From Mizuhopecten yessoensis (lineage: Eukaryota), in contig NW_018408916.1 in NCBI RefSeq assembly GCF_002113885.1, forward strand, positions 62,001 to 126,000: 64,000 nt of DNA, written 5' to 3'. Made by a program: the position numbers and the translations under genes. The stretch's first letter is position 1; each line of letters opens with the position of its first letter. Below, one piece after another: positions 39,194 to 60,300 of this stretch. The notes under the pieces were generated by a model. It saw only the letters and a list, made by a program, of their open reading frames with translations, made no database searches and was not told where the DNA came from.

Positions 39194-41205
39194 GTGCAAG
39201 TTTAGTACGTGAAGATACAACAAAAAACACAGCTAAGCACAAAAACATTGATGAGGAAACTGGCAGAGTTGTAAGTTTATTTGCTTAGGACTTTTTGAGA
39301 TACAATTAACACATATAACACATGGCTCAACAGAAAAACTTAAAAACTATGAGGACGCTTTAATAGCTGCCGGACCAGGAAATATAGGCCGCATTCAGGA
39401 TCTGTTTCATGAATTGCAATGAAGAAGTCAAAACTTTTATCAAGTACATCTGTGAAAAAACCCGAGCCAAATGCGAAAGTTTGATGGTGCTGCTGCCAGC
39501 AGAAGAAGAGTGACACCATATAGGAAAGTCCTGCCTTTGTGACGTCCAACGCAATTATACATTGTACCACTGGGTCAGATTAGACAGGTAAACACTGTAG
39601 AAAATATTGTCATATTGTTTCAATTTAATTAGATTCCTTGCGACAATATACAAAAATAAACCCAGTTATTTACAGCAACCTGCTGCAAATGGAATATCCC
39701 CACAAAGACATCAATTAAAGTAAGATGTTTTCTTGTGAAGCTTAAGGGTACCAACAAGTTAAGATAATTACTGGGTATTACCTCTGTCACTATTGTAAAG
39801 AATTTGTTTCAGTCCTTTTTGAAAGGGTGTATTTCATAAAAATCCTAAAAATTGCAATGCATTTTACAGAATAAAACATGTTTTAAAATACTTGAAAATA
39901 GAAATAAAAAATGGAATCAGTTTGAAATACCTAGCCTAAAATCATGACCTTGACACTTGACCAATGTTGCCATCCAGAATTATAAATCTTAATAATTATG
40001 CAACATATAAATGGGTGTCAAATTTTGGGTCTGCAAACCTTATGAAATGTTGAAAGAGGAAGCTATACCTGCAGAACTTCTTTTTGGTTACTTTATTTTC
40101 TGTAAACAAGGAAGAATACTCAAAAAGAATTAAAAAAAAGTCAGAGTGGAACTCTTCTTTGTGGTACAACTCGGATGCAGTGGTAGCCTTTAACTTAAAA
40201 AATGTTTCCAGCAACAATACTTACCCCCTATATTACTTGTATTGTCTACATGTTTTATGCCAATTTAAAAAGGAAATATTAAAATCAGAATATTTGCTTA
40301 AATGGTCCAGTGTATTAAAAGATTTTTTTTTATTATTTGAAAAGGAAAAATACAAAACATCCATTAAAAAAATCATTAAATATGACATATCTAATAGGAT
40401 AAGTATAGAAGAATAAGTAAGAGAAAGACAAATGAGGAAAATGAAGGAATAGGACATATGTTATTAAGCATGACCACGGACACGGACTTGGATAACATCT
40501 AATCTAATTCCGTGGCATGACACATTAAACAATTTGCCTCACTCCGCATAAATAACAAGGTTGATTATAAAAACAAAAATGTCATTATAATCAATGTGAT
40601 GATTGTGGACATTACTTGGCATAAGCAGAAGAGGGTATCGCCAAGAGGGGCAGCTCACTTTCAAGGTTCGCACACAGGCCTGGCGCAAGTATTATACAGA
40701 AATAACTTAATAGATCTAGGCCCTACATTAGAATTTTTTTTTAAACTTCAGTGATCCACCTTTGCCCATAATATTTCTCTAGCTTCTTGCTTTATGGATT
40801 TGCCCATGTTCATAATATATATAAAAAAAACATCCTAGCTGTAATCTTTTTATTTACTCATATTTCTCTAGCTGCGATAACGTAGCTTCTGACGACGAGA
40901 TTTTTTGTATACAAGTGCTAATATTTCTCCAGCTTCTGTGGGCGGCAACCCCACACGGCTTTGCTCCTGGACCCAGATCATGGGGCTACACACCCTTCAT
41001 AAAATATGGATCCACGCCTGTTGCGCTCTCCATAACTAAAATTCATGGATCCACTCCTACAAATATCCGCCAGGTGCTGTACCGTATTTAACTCTATATT
41101 TATAATCATATAATCAGGGTCTGTCAAACGTGCACATTAGCATTCCTTTCACTCAAACGTGCCACCGACTTGGATTGCGCTCGAAATATAATATTACCGG
41201 TCAAA

Positions 41206-44200
41206 ATGCTGGAATTTCTTGCAGATAATTTCTACTCTGTGGTGATAACCGTAGCCTTTTTGGTTATCATTCCGTGGGGAAAGAATGTTTGGATGACAGC
41301 AGATACAATGGTTTCACTACTGCTGGTGGTTGCATGTACCTTTTTTCCGGAGAAGCACTTGGATCTGCAGGTGCTTGCGACGCCATTATCAATCATGTAT
41401 CAGAGGTCGCTGGTCGACCGATTCATTTTTTATCGGATATAAATTATGATAACTGGGACGCCTGTCGAAAGTATCTCGAAATGTCGTCATCTGACATTGT
41501 TTGATTAGTTTTACCCAGGTTGACAACATTCCCTCACATGAGAAGACCCGCCATGAAATGATAACAGAAATTAAATGCATGTCAACAGTGGTCAACGACC
41601 AGATAGCTCAATTGGTAGAGCGTCCGTCTTAAATTCGGAGGGTCCCTGGTTCGAATCCTGGTCTGGCCATGCACATTTTCTTTCTCCTGTTACAGAGTGA
41701 AACAACCTTGGGTAAACTGCATACATGGCGAAAATGAACTGGATCTCAGAAATCAATAAATATATATATAACAAATCAAGCAATATTCATTAATCATTAG
41801 TCTTTAAATTACTTAGATGCAAGTGCGCAGTTGTTTTTCTTAAAATCTATTTTTGAATTTAATAGTTTCTGATATGATTGCAATTGATGTCCCATAAGAC
41901 AGGTCCAGTACACTCTGCCGATTGAGCTATATAGCTATAAAGACCTATATAGCTTTATACACCTATAACTTATAGCTGTATTGAGCTATATTTTCTCAGA
42001 TTTCAAATTTCATTAAATTAAAGCAAAGTCGCTTAAAACAATAAGGTTTATGGTAATGTTGACTACAAAAAGCATACTGTTAGATGTTTATTTTCATTTT
42101 TCATAAATGTAAAATTTCCGAATTCTTTACATCATTTAAAAAAAAAAAGAATACTTATATTTAATGTCTTTTGTTATCAACCTAATGATACAATCTTCTT
42201 TTAAATGCGACTTTGTTCCGTTTTCCTTAAAAAAGAAAATCACTTGAAAATAGCTCAAAAGACCTATTTCAGATAGGTCAATAGAGCTATTATAGGTCTT
42301 TACAGCTATATAGCTCAATCGGCAGAGTGTACTGGACCTGTAAGAGGTCATTGAAGAAACCATGATTGGATTTTACTGTTTAAAAGTTGGTAATATAGTT
42401 TTTTGTGTTATCAGACGGACGGTGTGGTGGATGGCGTACATGTCCATATGTTACGCATGTTTGGGCTGATGGTATTTGGAACTGCAATGTTTGCTGCTTG
42501 CGCATTGATCACAAAAGACGAAACAGCGAAGACATCCGTTCTTTGGGGAAGGGTCATTGTACGTATCACAAAAACTACAGTTTTGCATTAATATCTACAC
42601 ATCTCTATGTAAACTGTTTTATTTTTCAGCTTTTCAAATTTTTGCCGTCTTGCAATTTTTAAATCAAATGCAGCCGAATGTTGATTTTTTTCTCCATATA
42701 CTTACTGGTACTGCTTACTCTTTACATGATTTTTACCCCCATGTCTAACTTTCCCTCAAAAACAAAAAGGTTAAAAAACAAAAATTGCAACCAGTTGCCA
42801 ATATCCACCACTGCAAAACTATGGACTCAATTCATATAAACATACAGGAAGATATGATCATAAACATCACCTAATGAGGTGTAAGATATAGCATGTCTTC
42901 ATCAGTATTTCAGCTGGGATCATAAAACTTGGTATACAGGTACATCAGATGGATGGAGGTCATTACTATATCCTTCGCACATGTTGTGTTGGGGGATAAA
43001 AATTGAGCAAATATTTACCATTTTACAATTTGCCGTTTACAAGAACGCTTCGGTATCCGAAATTTCAAGTTGAATTACATTTTTTATCTAAATGTACACA
43101 CCAGCCCAAATGGACTTCAATTTGTTATTAAAAACTATTAAGTTTTACTATAATTGTATTACATTAGCATCATGATTGGAGAATTGACATACCATTTTGT
43201 TTCAGAATCTAAGAAAACATACCTAATGTATGCTTCTGTTTTCACTGTGTTATATGAATTGATTTCTGAATTTTTTATTTATGCGTCTTGTTTATTTCAG
43301 GGAATCTCAATTTACATCTTGGATAGGATACACAGCTACAACAATTTGAAAAAAGGCACTTCATGGAATCCAGCGGTACTTATGCTTGCTATTAAGTTCA
43401 ACATTTGACAGTACAGTTAGTTATTATTGCATTAAGGGATGTTTTTAATCTTCAATATTATATAAAACAAGATTATAAACAATAAAACAATTATGTGGTT
43501 ATGGGTAAAGTCTAAATAACATTATACATGTCACATAAGTTACAAGATATGAACGGATTAACCAAATGATACACACATTTTATGAATTAACCATAGGAAA
43601 CTACATGTGCTGATTGTTCTAAGGGAGGTAACTTGTAGTTTCAGTAGCTTCATGTATTTTTGTATTACGTATCCTATTCATATGTGATATGGTGTTTTTT
43701 GTCTTATCCAATGTTACGAAACTTAAACACATGTTCATAAACAGGTTTTCTTTTACAAGTTGATATTTCAATCTTTCTAAGATCACGTTTACGAAAACTA
43801 GAATATTAGATATCATCAACATTTTGCTTTATATAGGCACTAAAATTTCTTATTACATTGTACTCCCAATTGCAACGGTAGACAAATATGTTCTGCAGTG
43901 CCTTGTTAAAATTTGAATCGCCAAGTTATAGTGTCAACAGTGGCTTCATTTAAATGTATGCACATTCTTGATTACCTATAAGTCATTTCCATATATTTTT
44001 TTTACCTGGTAAATGCTGAAACGCTGAAATCTGCCTAATTTGACACCATATCAAATTTGTTTGATTAGACAAGGCATCAGAATCCAATGTATTAATTTGG
44101 TTATTTTCAAAAGAAATAGGATTGTAGCTGCATGTATGGCTGATTTGATTTGACAGGATGTCTAAATACTAAGGGGGTCAGATTAGACAGGTTCCACTGG

Positions 44201-46762
44201 ATGTTATATATCCTAAGGTGCAATGTAAAGCATGATGTATAATTTTGACTAATCGCTCGATTTTTGTCGAACATGACGCAGATTTTTTAATTGTTGCTTG
44301 AATTTTACTACACATACAAATTGTGTTAATGGTGTCTTACTGGTGTTTTCTTTTCTAGGCCTTGTATTTTGGTATCTATGGAGACTGTCTGTGGTTGCTT
44401 GGTAACCTTATATATGCCGTGAGCAGCACAGATTACGGAGGAGGTAAAACCTCCCATGGATGGTTGAACATGTTCCTGAGCATTGATTTTGTACAGACCT
44501 TTCTGTTTGCATTCCTTTTCTTTACCTTCCCAGGACCAATGTTAGGCTTCCAGGTACAGTAAAAGCATAAGTGCCAAAAACCCTATTCAATAGTTAGTGA
44601 TGGGCTGATGATCGATTATAATCGAAAATCAATCGGTTTGCCCTTTGCCCATTCCGATTATCAATTACAAATTCCATTATCGATATAATCGGTTCTTTAT
44701 TAAAATCAAAGTGTTAAAAATTTTCAGTGTGAAAAATGTACTGAAAGTCATATATTCTTATGATTTTTACTATATGATTGATAAAACTGCATAAAAATTG
44801 CATGAAATCCATTCATTATTAAAGAACAAAACACAGTGTATAGTTAACAACTCTGTCTATTGATGTTATGGTAGTGTATAGTTAACAACTCTGTCTATTG
44901 ATGTTATGGTAGTGTTCTCACTTTATTTTAGTATTCAGTCCCATGAAATTATGAACCGATTATGCAATCGATCATTAATCGGTTTACTACTTCCGATTAC
45001 AAACCAATTATCGATTATGATTTTAAACGGATTGCCCATCACTATCAATAGTATTGTGGACCCACTTTTCATTGATTGCTTATTGAACATTTATGATAAT
45101 TTCATAATTCATAATTCATTGTATTATCATTCTAAACAAGTAGAAACATGGAAAACACAAATAAAATTTGATAATGATAGTAGGAATGGGATCGTGAAAT
45201 TTTGCCAGTAGGACCGGGTATGCTGAGATGAAGGGGTATCAGGTTTATTCTAAAGAATTACCTGATACATTTTCAAGGTCATTAGATGTCGGTATTAAAA
45301 TATTTAAAAGTTTTCCTTTGAATAACATACAGGCTTAGGTTTATGATATTTGCACGAAGCCACTTGGGCAAAGGGCTTTCAGGTTTGTTGAGATAAATGA
45401 CCTTGACGCACTTTCTTTATGATTGGATCATCGTCATAAAAGTCTTTAAATTTTGTCCATATAAATGCCTTTGACCTTCCTTTTTAGATCATGGGAGTTA
45501 AATTTGTGAAAGCTTTATTTTAAAGGTACCCAAAGCCTCTAGTAGAAATACACCATCAAGTTTTACCAATTTCAAAGGTTTTATGGGTAAATCAAAATCT
45601 TCCCACAAAATGGCACAAATACCCATAATTTATAAAGTAATAACATTAAGAGTATATTGTTAGTTCCCTTGCTTACAAGTTTGTTTAACTAATTTGACCT
45701 TGACCCACAAGGTCACAGATAGAGATATGTTTACCAGCTATAAGAAATACTGGTTCATATGAAATGAAAACTGAAATTAACTTTCACATTTCATTTTCTG
45801 CAGTAATATGCTACATGTTCAAACTGTATATGATTTATTTCTCATTTGCTTAAAAGTTATTATACAGAGAAATACTTTAAAAGCTGGTCATGTAAATAAT
45901 TTATACTGCTATTAACCCTTTCACCACTGTAGACCATAATGGACTCATCCAGATCAATGCATGGTAGAGTCTACTAAAGTTACATAGGGTTGAAAGGGTT
46001 AAATGAATCTATTTCTGAATTCAGAAACACTACATCACTAAATCTCTATTGTTACAGTGATAAACTTGAATGTGGGTAAACACTCTTTAATTGAGCAAAA
46101 GTGTCCCATTTTCTTTTTTCAGTGTAAAGAGAAGCTAAGAGGCCTCCATCTATGCATCGTCCGTATGTTTGCAGCATTCATTTTCAATTCCGCCATCATC
46201 TCGGGAAGAGCTCCTAATTTCCCATCTATAACGGGAAAAATCAACTTCCTTACAATAAGACTTATTGTAAGTATGAGTTTCAGATTAATAGCATTATGAA
46301 AAACCAGGTAGAACATATAAAACAGATTTCATTTAGCAGCGAAATGGCGGACGTCTGATCTCTTAAAGGTCATTTTGAGTTCTTGATGACTAAGATTTCT
46401 TTTGAGGAGATATTTTTTTGGGAACACATTTTATCAACTAAAACATGATTCGGATCATTAAAAAACAATGTTTGAAACAAATGAAACATTATTTTGAAAT
46501 AGTTGTACATATTTAAGTTATATTCCTAAACATGTTCTGTTAAAGAAAGCAGGCCACTAATGATTTCACTAATGAGGGGTATTCATTTTGATGCTAGGTG
46601 AACGCTCTGCTAGTGACGGCCCAGCTCTATACCCAGCTAACCACCGACTACTGGACACAGTGGCATATCTACTTCGGGATGGTCGGCATGTCAGTCTGGT
46701 CAATTAATGCTGCAGTCGGCTACTCCAAGGCCATCAATGCTATCAAGTCCAAAAAGGAATGA
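41206..46762 (+). CDS. Uncharacterised multi-pass membrane protein (295 aa) with an internal two-fold repeat and a C-terminal KxKxx ER-retrieval-like motif
   Basis: Six exons: 41206-41370, 42415-42558, 43301-43375, 44359-44553, 46123-46266, 46598-46762. All introns are phase 0 GT-AG and the ORF is open for 888 nt. The protein has many hydrophobic segments and ends ..AIKSKKE*. Confidence 0.85.
41597..41694 (+). mobile_element. tRNA-like sequence with pyrimidine tail (tRNA-derived SINE head or tRNA pseudogene)
   Basis: GACCAGA-TAGCTCAATTGGTAGAGC (A box)-TCCGTCTTAAATTCGGA-GGGTC-CCTGGTTCGAATCCTGG (B box)-TCTGGCCA. The acceptor, anticodon and T stems carry mismatches. It is followed by TGCACATTTTCTTTCTCCTGTTACA. 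Confidence 0.65.
41900..42340. mobile_element. MITE with about 50-bp TIRs and 5-bp TSD (TAAGA)
   Basis: TAAGA|CAGGTCCAGTACACTCTGCCGATTGAGCTATATAGCT ... AGCTATATAGCTCAATCGGCAGAGTGTACTGGACCTG|TAAGA. Confidence 0.8.
44595..45044. mobile_element. hAT-type MITE with 8-bp TSD
   Basis: TCAATAGT|TAGTGATGGGC ... GCCCATCACTA|TCAATAGT, with subterminal CGATTA/TAATCG motifs and an internal 38-bp tandem duplication at about 44835-44915. Confidence 0.85.
45912..46002. mobile_element. About 83-bp piggyBac-like MITE (TTAA TSD, CCC termini), copy 1
   Basis: TTAA|CCCTTTCACCACTGTAGAC ... GGGTTGAAAGGG|TTAA. Confidence 0.75.
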
Positions 46763-48054
46763 CCGGTGTTCGTACGGTTATTATATTTAACGTACATGAA
46801 ATGTGCAATCAAAGGATTCAGGTTTTGATTGGACTAAATACAAAGTTTGATGTGGGAATTTTTTCATTGTGTATAAGGATCACTGAACCACTGCCCGACA
46901 AATGGAACTAACGGATATACACTGGAAACCATTTTTCCAACTTGGCAATAGCTTTGATGAATCATTTCTTAAAAGAGACACACATCTTGTGGATCTTTTA
47001 TGAATAATACAGTAATAAAGATGAAATAAACAACAAAAATCACCAACAGTGTTGGGAGTGTAAAAATGGGTCCAGAGATTTGAACTCTGGACCTCCAACT
47101 ATTGTACCGTTGTTTAAACCAAGGCCGCTTTTGTAGTGTTTCATGTGCGTTTTTTTCTCTTGCATATTTTGCAATTTGACTTTCTTTATGGAGATTTTTT
47201 TCAACGTAGAAGTTTTTTTAGCTTAATATTTGATGTTTCCAACCAAAGTGCTGCTATCTTCAATTTACTTGTGGCCTTATTTAATTGATAGATACTATTT
47301 ATATGTTTATCAATCTACAATAGATGCTTATTAATTATGCTGACATCAGATCAAGTTTCATTGATTACAGTAAATGATTACAGTGTTAAACCTCTTAATT
47401 TGGACAATATTATTTCAAACAATAATTTCAAAATAAACAATTTTCCAGATTATTGTAAATATTGCGACTATTTAGGCGGGCAGTTCTGAAAACCACAGTC
47501 CAGATTTTGAGATGTGTGATTTTTTTACTAACTACGATTTACTACTGGATACATTTTCCCATAACTGACGTTATAAGCTCACTCCCTCACCTACAGTTTG
47601 ATAAAGTGTAAACGGGGAATGTAACTGCATACATGCTATACACAGGTTAAAAAATAAACCCTGCCATCTTGTGGAAACTTGAAGTGATGATTGCAATGTG
47701 ACCTAGTCTTAATTCTTATTAATCGTAGATTTTTATTGACGGTGAAAATGTGTGAAATTGTCTATCATGGTATGAATGTGCTCCATTTTTGTCCGATTGT
47801 ACAGATTTTTGTGACATATATATAGATGCACGATTTTTTGTCCTCATTGTATAAATTATCATCTAAATTTGATCTCAAATTTTATTGGCTCAAAAATTCT
47901 CATTATCATACTTTTACTCCAAATTCAAACATTGTGAACCTCAAGTGGCTGAAATATAAACTTTGGCAATCTTAGAACTCTTCACGGCTCTTTACTTGAA
48001 TAATCAACGCCGTAAACCTCGTGTTTCAATTTATATAAATGACACCTCCATACA

Positions 48055-48262
48055 TATTATAAACTTTATTTATTTTACAACAATTATTTCAACTTATATT
48101 AATCACTCTGGTTGGCCTGGATATAAGCGTACATACAGGTGGTCTTAATGTGGGAGGAAACCTTAATGTGGGAGGAAACCAGAGTACCCGGAGAAAACAT
48201 GTGGTCGGGCAGGTGACCCCATACCTTTTCATTTCTGATCAGGGAATCAAACCCCAGCGGCC
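48055..48262 (-). mobile_element. V-SINE-like element copy
   Basis: TCTTAATGTGGGAGGAAACCAGAGTACCCGGAGAAAAC..GGGAATCAAACCC, homologous to 15195-15440. Confidence 0.7.
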
Positions 48263-48708
48263 AAAATACAAGTAAGAAACAACCTCATAAGAGGATATGA
48301 CTTTAAAAGAACAAGCCAAGTATAACCTTCACTTTATTGTACAAAGACGAGTCATAATATTTAGAAAAAATAAAGTAAGTATAATATCATTTTTTTTTTT
48401 TTTAATTTCTGTCATTGCTTCACATTAAAATAATCAAGTCAGGAAATGTGTTTGGTGTAAGGGTAGGCTTGCCTACAGAACAACTGTAATCATTGTGTTT
48501 GTGAAAATAATCAAGATTTTTACACGGAATAAAAAAAAAAAAATACACTAAGAATGAAATTTTTGTGTTTCTTTACTTTTAAAGCTATCAAATTATCATT
48601 AATTATATAAAGGGCATCAGTAGCTGTCAAAATGTGTACCGTATGGTATACACTTATCAGCACTGTGTTAACAGTTGAAATAATGCTCAAGCCTTTCAGG
48701 CATATAAC

Positions 48709-48799
48709 TTAACCCTTTCACCCCTATGTAACTTTAGTAGATTCTACCATGCATTGATCTGGATGAGTCCATTTTAGTCTACAGTGGTGAAAGGGTTCA
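48709..48799. mobile_element. piggyBac-like MITE copy 2 (inverted relative to copy 1)
   Basis: TTAACCCTTTCACCCCTATGTAACTTTAGTAG..CTACAGTGGTGAAAGGGTT. Confidence 0.7.
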
Positions 48800-49814
48800 T
48801 TCAATCTATTACTGCATGCCCAGGAAAGTTTCGACCTTGATTCAATTTTCACCATCCAAAACAAGGGCGTAATTTTTTCTACACAGCCAATATGTAGGAG
48901 AACACAGCATTTAATAATAATTGTTATTGATAACATGTGAAGGACAATAGTAACACTGGCTTGATATGAATTTTATAAAGGAAGAGTTGCAGTTTATATT
49001 TCAGTATAGGGGTTTGTCTGTGACCATGAATTATATTTTCATAGAAAATTATCTCCCTTTATTGCAAAGCATTATAGTCCAGAATTTATTTTGGATTCAT
49101 GATATGGATAGTAAGGCATTAATTATTCAGGTATGACCATATAAAAAAATATAAAACCCAAAAAAGGTGAGTATCACTATGCATACTAAGTGCAGGCAAA
49201 CATCATGACTACCAAGGGCAGCTGGACCTGTTGTATTTCCCTAAGAAAAAGAAAAAATCAACAATTTTGATAACAAATTTATTTTCCTAACATGTAATTT
49301 TTACATTTTGAATACATCTGGTTACAAATACCGGTACACATACATTTAGATAACATGCTCATCCTCCGGCATTGCACTGTATAATGTATAACACATCGCA
49401 TATCAAATGATAAAGTACCCTGTTTATATATATGTACCCTTTTCAGGTCTAAATACATAAGTGTCATCTTGATTTGACAATTTGGAGATGCAAGGAGTTT
49501 ATACATGGCTTGAAAATCGATTCAATTTCATTTGATATTTACACATCTTTCTAAATCTCATATACAGAAGCTGTTAAAGATCTAGGGATAGATACAAATA
49601 CAAAATTTTACTGATCAAAAACATCTGTCCATATTTCATCAATTACATTGCATCTACATTAAATAATATACAATTAAGATGTATATATCTATAAAAATAT
49701 CAATAATAGAACACATCTGAGACATGATTTTAAAATTATTAAAATAAAGAACACATTTGAGACATGATCCATAAAAACAGAAATCACTTATCCAAATTAT
49801 TACTAAAATTAATA

Positions 49815-49905
49815 AATCCTTTCACCACACTGTGGACCATACTGGACTTATCCATATCAATGCATGGTCGAGTCTACTGAAGTAACACAGGGATGAAAGG
49901 GTTAA
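49815..49905. mobile_element. piggyBac-like MITE copy 3
   Basis: CCTTTCACCACACTGTGGACCATACTGGAC..TCAATGCATGGTCGAGTCTACTGAAGTAACACAGGGATGAAAGGGTTAA. Confidence 0.65.
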
Positions 49906-50411
49906 ATTGACATAACCAATATAATGGCTTTTTCATGTGTATTTCTATAGAACGGGGAAAAGTATTTTCCATTTGTTACCAATCCTCTCATATCTACTAC
50001 AAACCATACATTTCCATTCACTCAATAACTCTACAACCCAGGTAATTCTCGATCAGTTAAAAATCATCATATAAAATCATTATATAAAATCATTTTGGAC
50101 ATGATTGAACAGTAATATGAATCATTTATCCTGATTATAAATATCAAATATTAAATCAATGGTTTTTTTCTAGAGTAATGGACCTCTTTTCTATTTTGAG
50201 ATAGGAAAAACTGCATATATATTGTCCATGTTTATCGTATCTGCTTCACATTGCTAGGAAAACTGAATTTTCATTGCAGTATATTCACAAATATGTAGCG
50301 CCACAACCTCAATCTAAATAAGGGTTTACTCCAACAGTGTTAGAGGTTTACACAGCGAGATACATCTGACAGGCACCATGTCGCAGTCGGCAAAATCATA
50401 TCCGATAGAGA

Positions 50412-50962
50412 AAACAAGAATTCCACGGAAGTGGATGTGTCGCCTGCGCAGGAAGCTGGGAGATTACGAAGAAATAGATACACTTTTCATTTCAAGAAAT
50501 AATGTTAAAAGTAAGCAATAATCATAGATTATGTTTTTGGATGGCATCATTTTGTTATATAATCTGTTATTCTTGGAAGAATACTCTGAGTTTTAAGGAA
50601 CTTGCTATGGATACTCATTGTCTCCATTCCACTCCAATATGGTGTCCACAAGCAAGACCAGCATCGCCTCATTGATGCAAGTATGCTTAGCACTGCATGA
50701 AGTTTGAGTTTGATCGGCCCAAGGAAACTCAAGTTATCGCACGAAAACAGATTTTCTATTTATAGTAACAGTGATCTTGATCTTTGACCTTCAGACCTGA
50801 AAAGCTTGAGCAATCCCAAGCAAGCACTTTTGGTAAGGAAGCACTGCATGAAGTTTGAGTTTGATCGGCCTAAGGAAACACAAGTTATCGCACGAAAACC
50901 TCTGCAGACGCCGACGCCGCAATACCTATGTGTCACCAGCTTTTCGCAGGCGACACAAAAAA
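50412..50962. mobile_element. Helentron/HINE-like non-autonomous element
   Basis: Starts AAACAAG and has subterminal inverted repeats TGTGTCGCCTGCG / CGCAGGCGACACA. It contains a duplicated core GCACTGCATGAAGTTTGAGTTTGATCGGCC..CAAGTTATCGCACGAAAAC, a GACGCC microrepeat and an A-rich end. Confidence 0.65.
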
Positions 50963-51183
50963 CGACCAGCGGCCTCTTATGTTATAGGAGTACATTAGGG
51001 TTATCCCCTAACTGCCTTTTTGTTGGATATCAGATATGTGTTAGCTTCACTAATTTTTTACTCCTGAAAATATTGGTAAATGTTACAACCCTTGTGTAAT
51101 TTATACATATTTGTTCTTCTTTGTTATTTAATATTCCTGTTTAAATATTGTACGTAAGTTGGGTTACTCCGTGTCGGACAGGG

Positions 51184-59179
<7,996 letters not shown>

Positions 59180-59748
59180 CTTGTGTGCTGTGCAACAGAA
59201 ATATTCTGGAAAAGGGTGTTCCGAATGTCGAATCAAAATATTTTAAGGATGCATGTTTCGTCAGATAGAACTAATTGCAACGTGCAGATGCTTTAAAATG
59301 TCAAACTGTAGTTGTAATCAGTGGCGTCACAATTCTCTCTGATTTTCTTTAATTGGAAAGTGAATCAATGCTTTTTTATTTAAAATACAAGTTAAGGTTC
59401 CAGATAAAATTCATAATCTAATTATATCACCTCCGGATGCATGTCTTGTGTCAAATGCGCCACTAACAAACAGTGTCAACACATACATATAAACATGTCC
59501 ATTAGTAGCATATTTGGCCTCCCTTAATTCTAAGTTGAAAGAAAAAAACATTTTCATTTCAAATCAAATCAAATCAAATCAAATATTATTTATTTAGAGT
59601 CGGACAATTTGTAACATATAACATTAGCTCTAAAGAGCTATTTACCGACTAGACATGGATATCACAATATTATAGTAAGATACGTACAATGTTAAACAAC
59701 TACATCTATATTCTAAAATCTACACAAAACATGCAAACTAAAGACTAA

Positions 59749-60141
59749 GGGTACATTCGCGTATCCGGTTGAAACGTTTTAACCGGTTGAACCTGTAAAG
59801 AAAACGACAGGTACAGATTTGGACCGAGGCTGACCTCAGGAAAATTTGGTACGTGTAGATTGAGGGGTCCAGACGTCCCTGGCCGAAACTAAACTGCTGA
59901 ATATTGCTAGTTTGCGTTATTTCTTTCTAAAACAATGTCAAGTCACATGTAGTTTTTAAGATACGTTATGTAATTTAGTGGACGCGTGAGAGAAGGGCAT
60001 AATATTCTTGATACATTGTTTTTTATTCTCCGAAACTGTGCATTTTTAGCTCTGCTTATAGAACGGTCCAAGTGTGTTCGTTTATCGTGGAAAATTTCTG
60101 CGCCACACGTACCGTTTCAACCGGTAACGCGAATGTAGCCC
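59749..60141. mobile_element. MITE with about 28-bp imperfect TIRs (PIF/Harbinger-like termini)
   Basis: GGGTACATTCGCGTATCCGGTTGAAACG ... CGTTTCAACCGGTAACGCGAATGTAGCCC; no clear TSD. Confidence 0.6.
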
Positions 60142-60300
60142 AGTTTATAACACAGAACGTGACACCACAGTACGAAGACATGACATGACATATAAAGCTA
60201 GATGTTCATGCCAACACATAAATTATAATCAACATGCTAAAAAAGAGACCACTGAAATTCATAAGAAAGCACTAAGATAAAAAAGGATAATGTAAAAGCA

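Noticed and set aside
39320-39570. Moderately GC-rich stretch with short ORFs on both strands
   Set aside because: No consistent splice sites or recognisable motif, and I could not link it to the 36888 exon.
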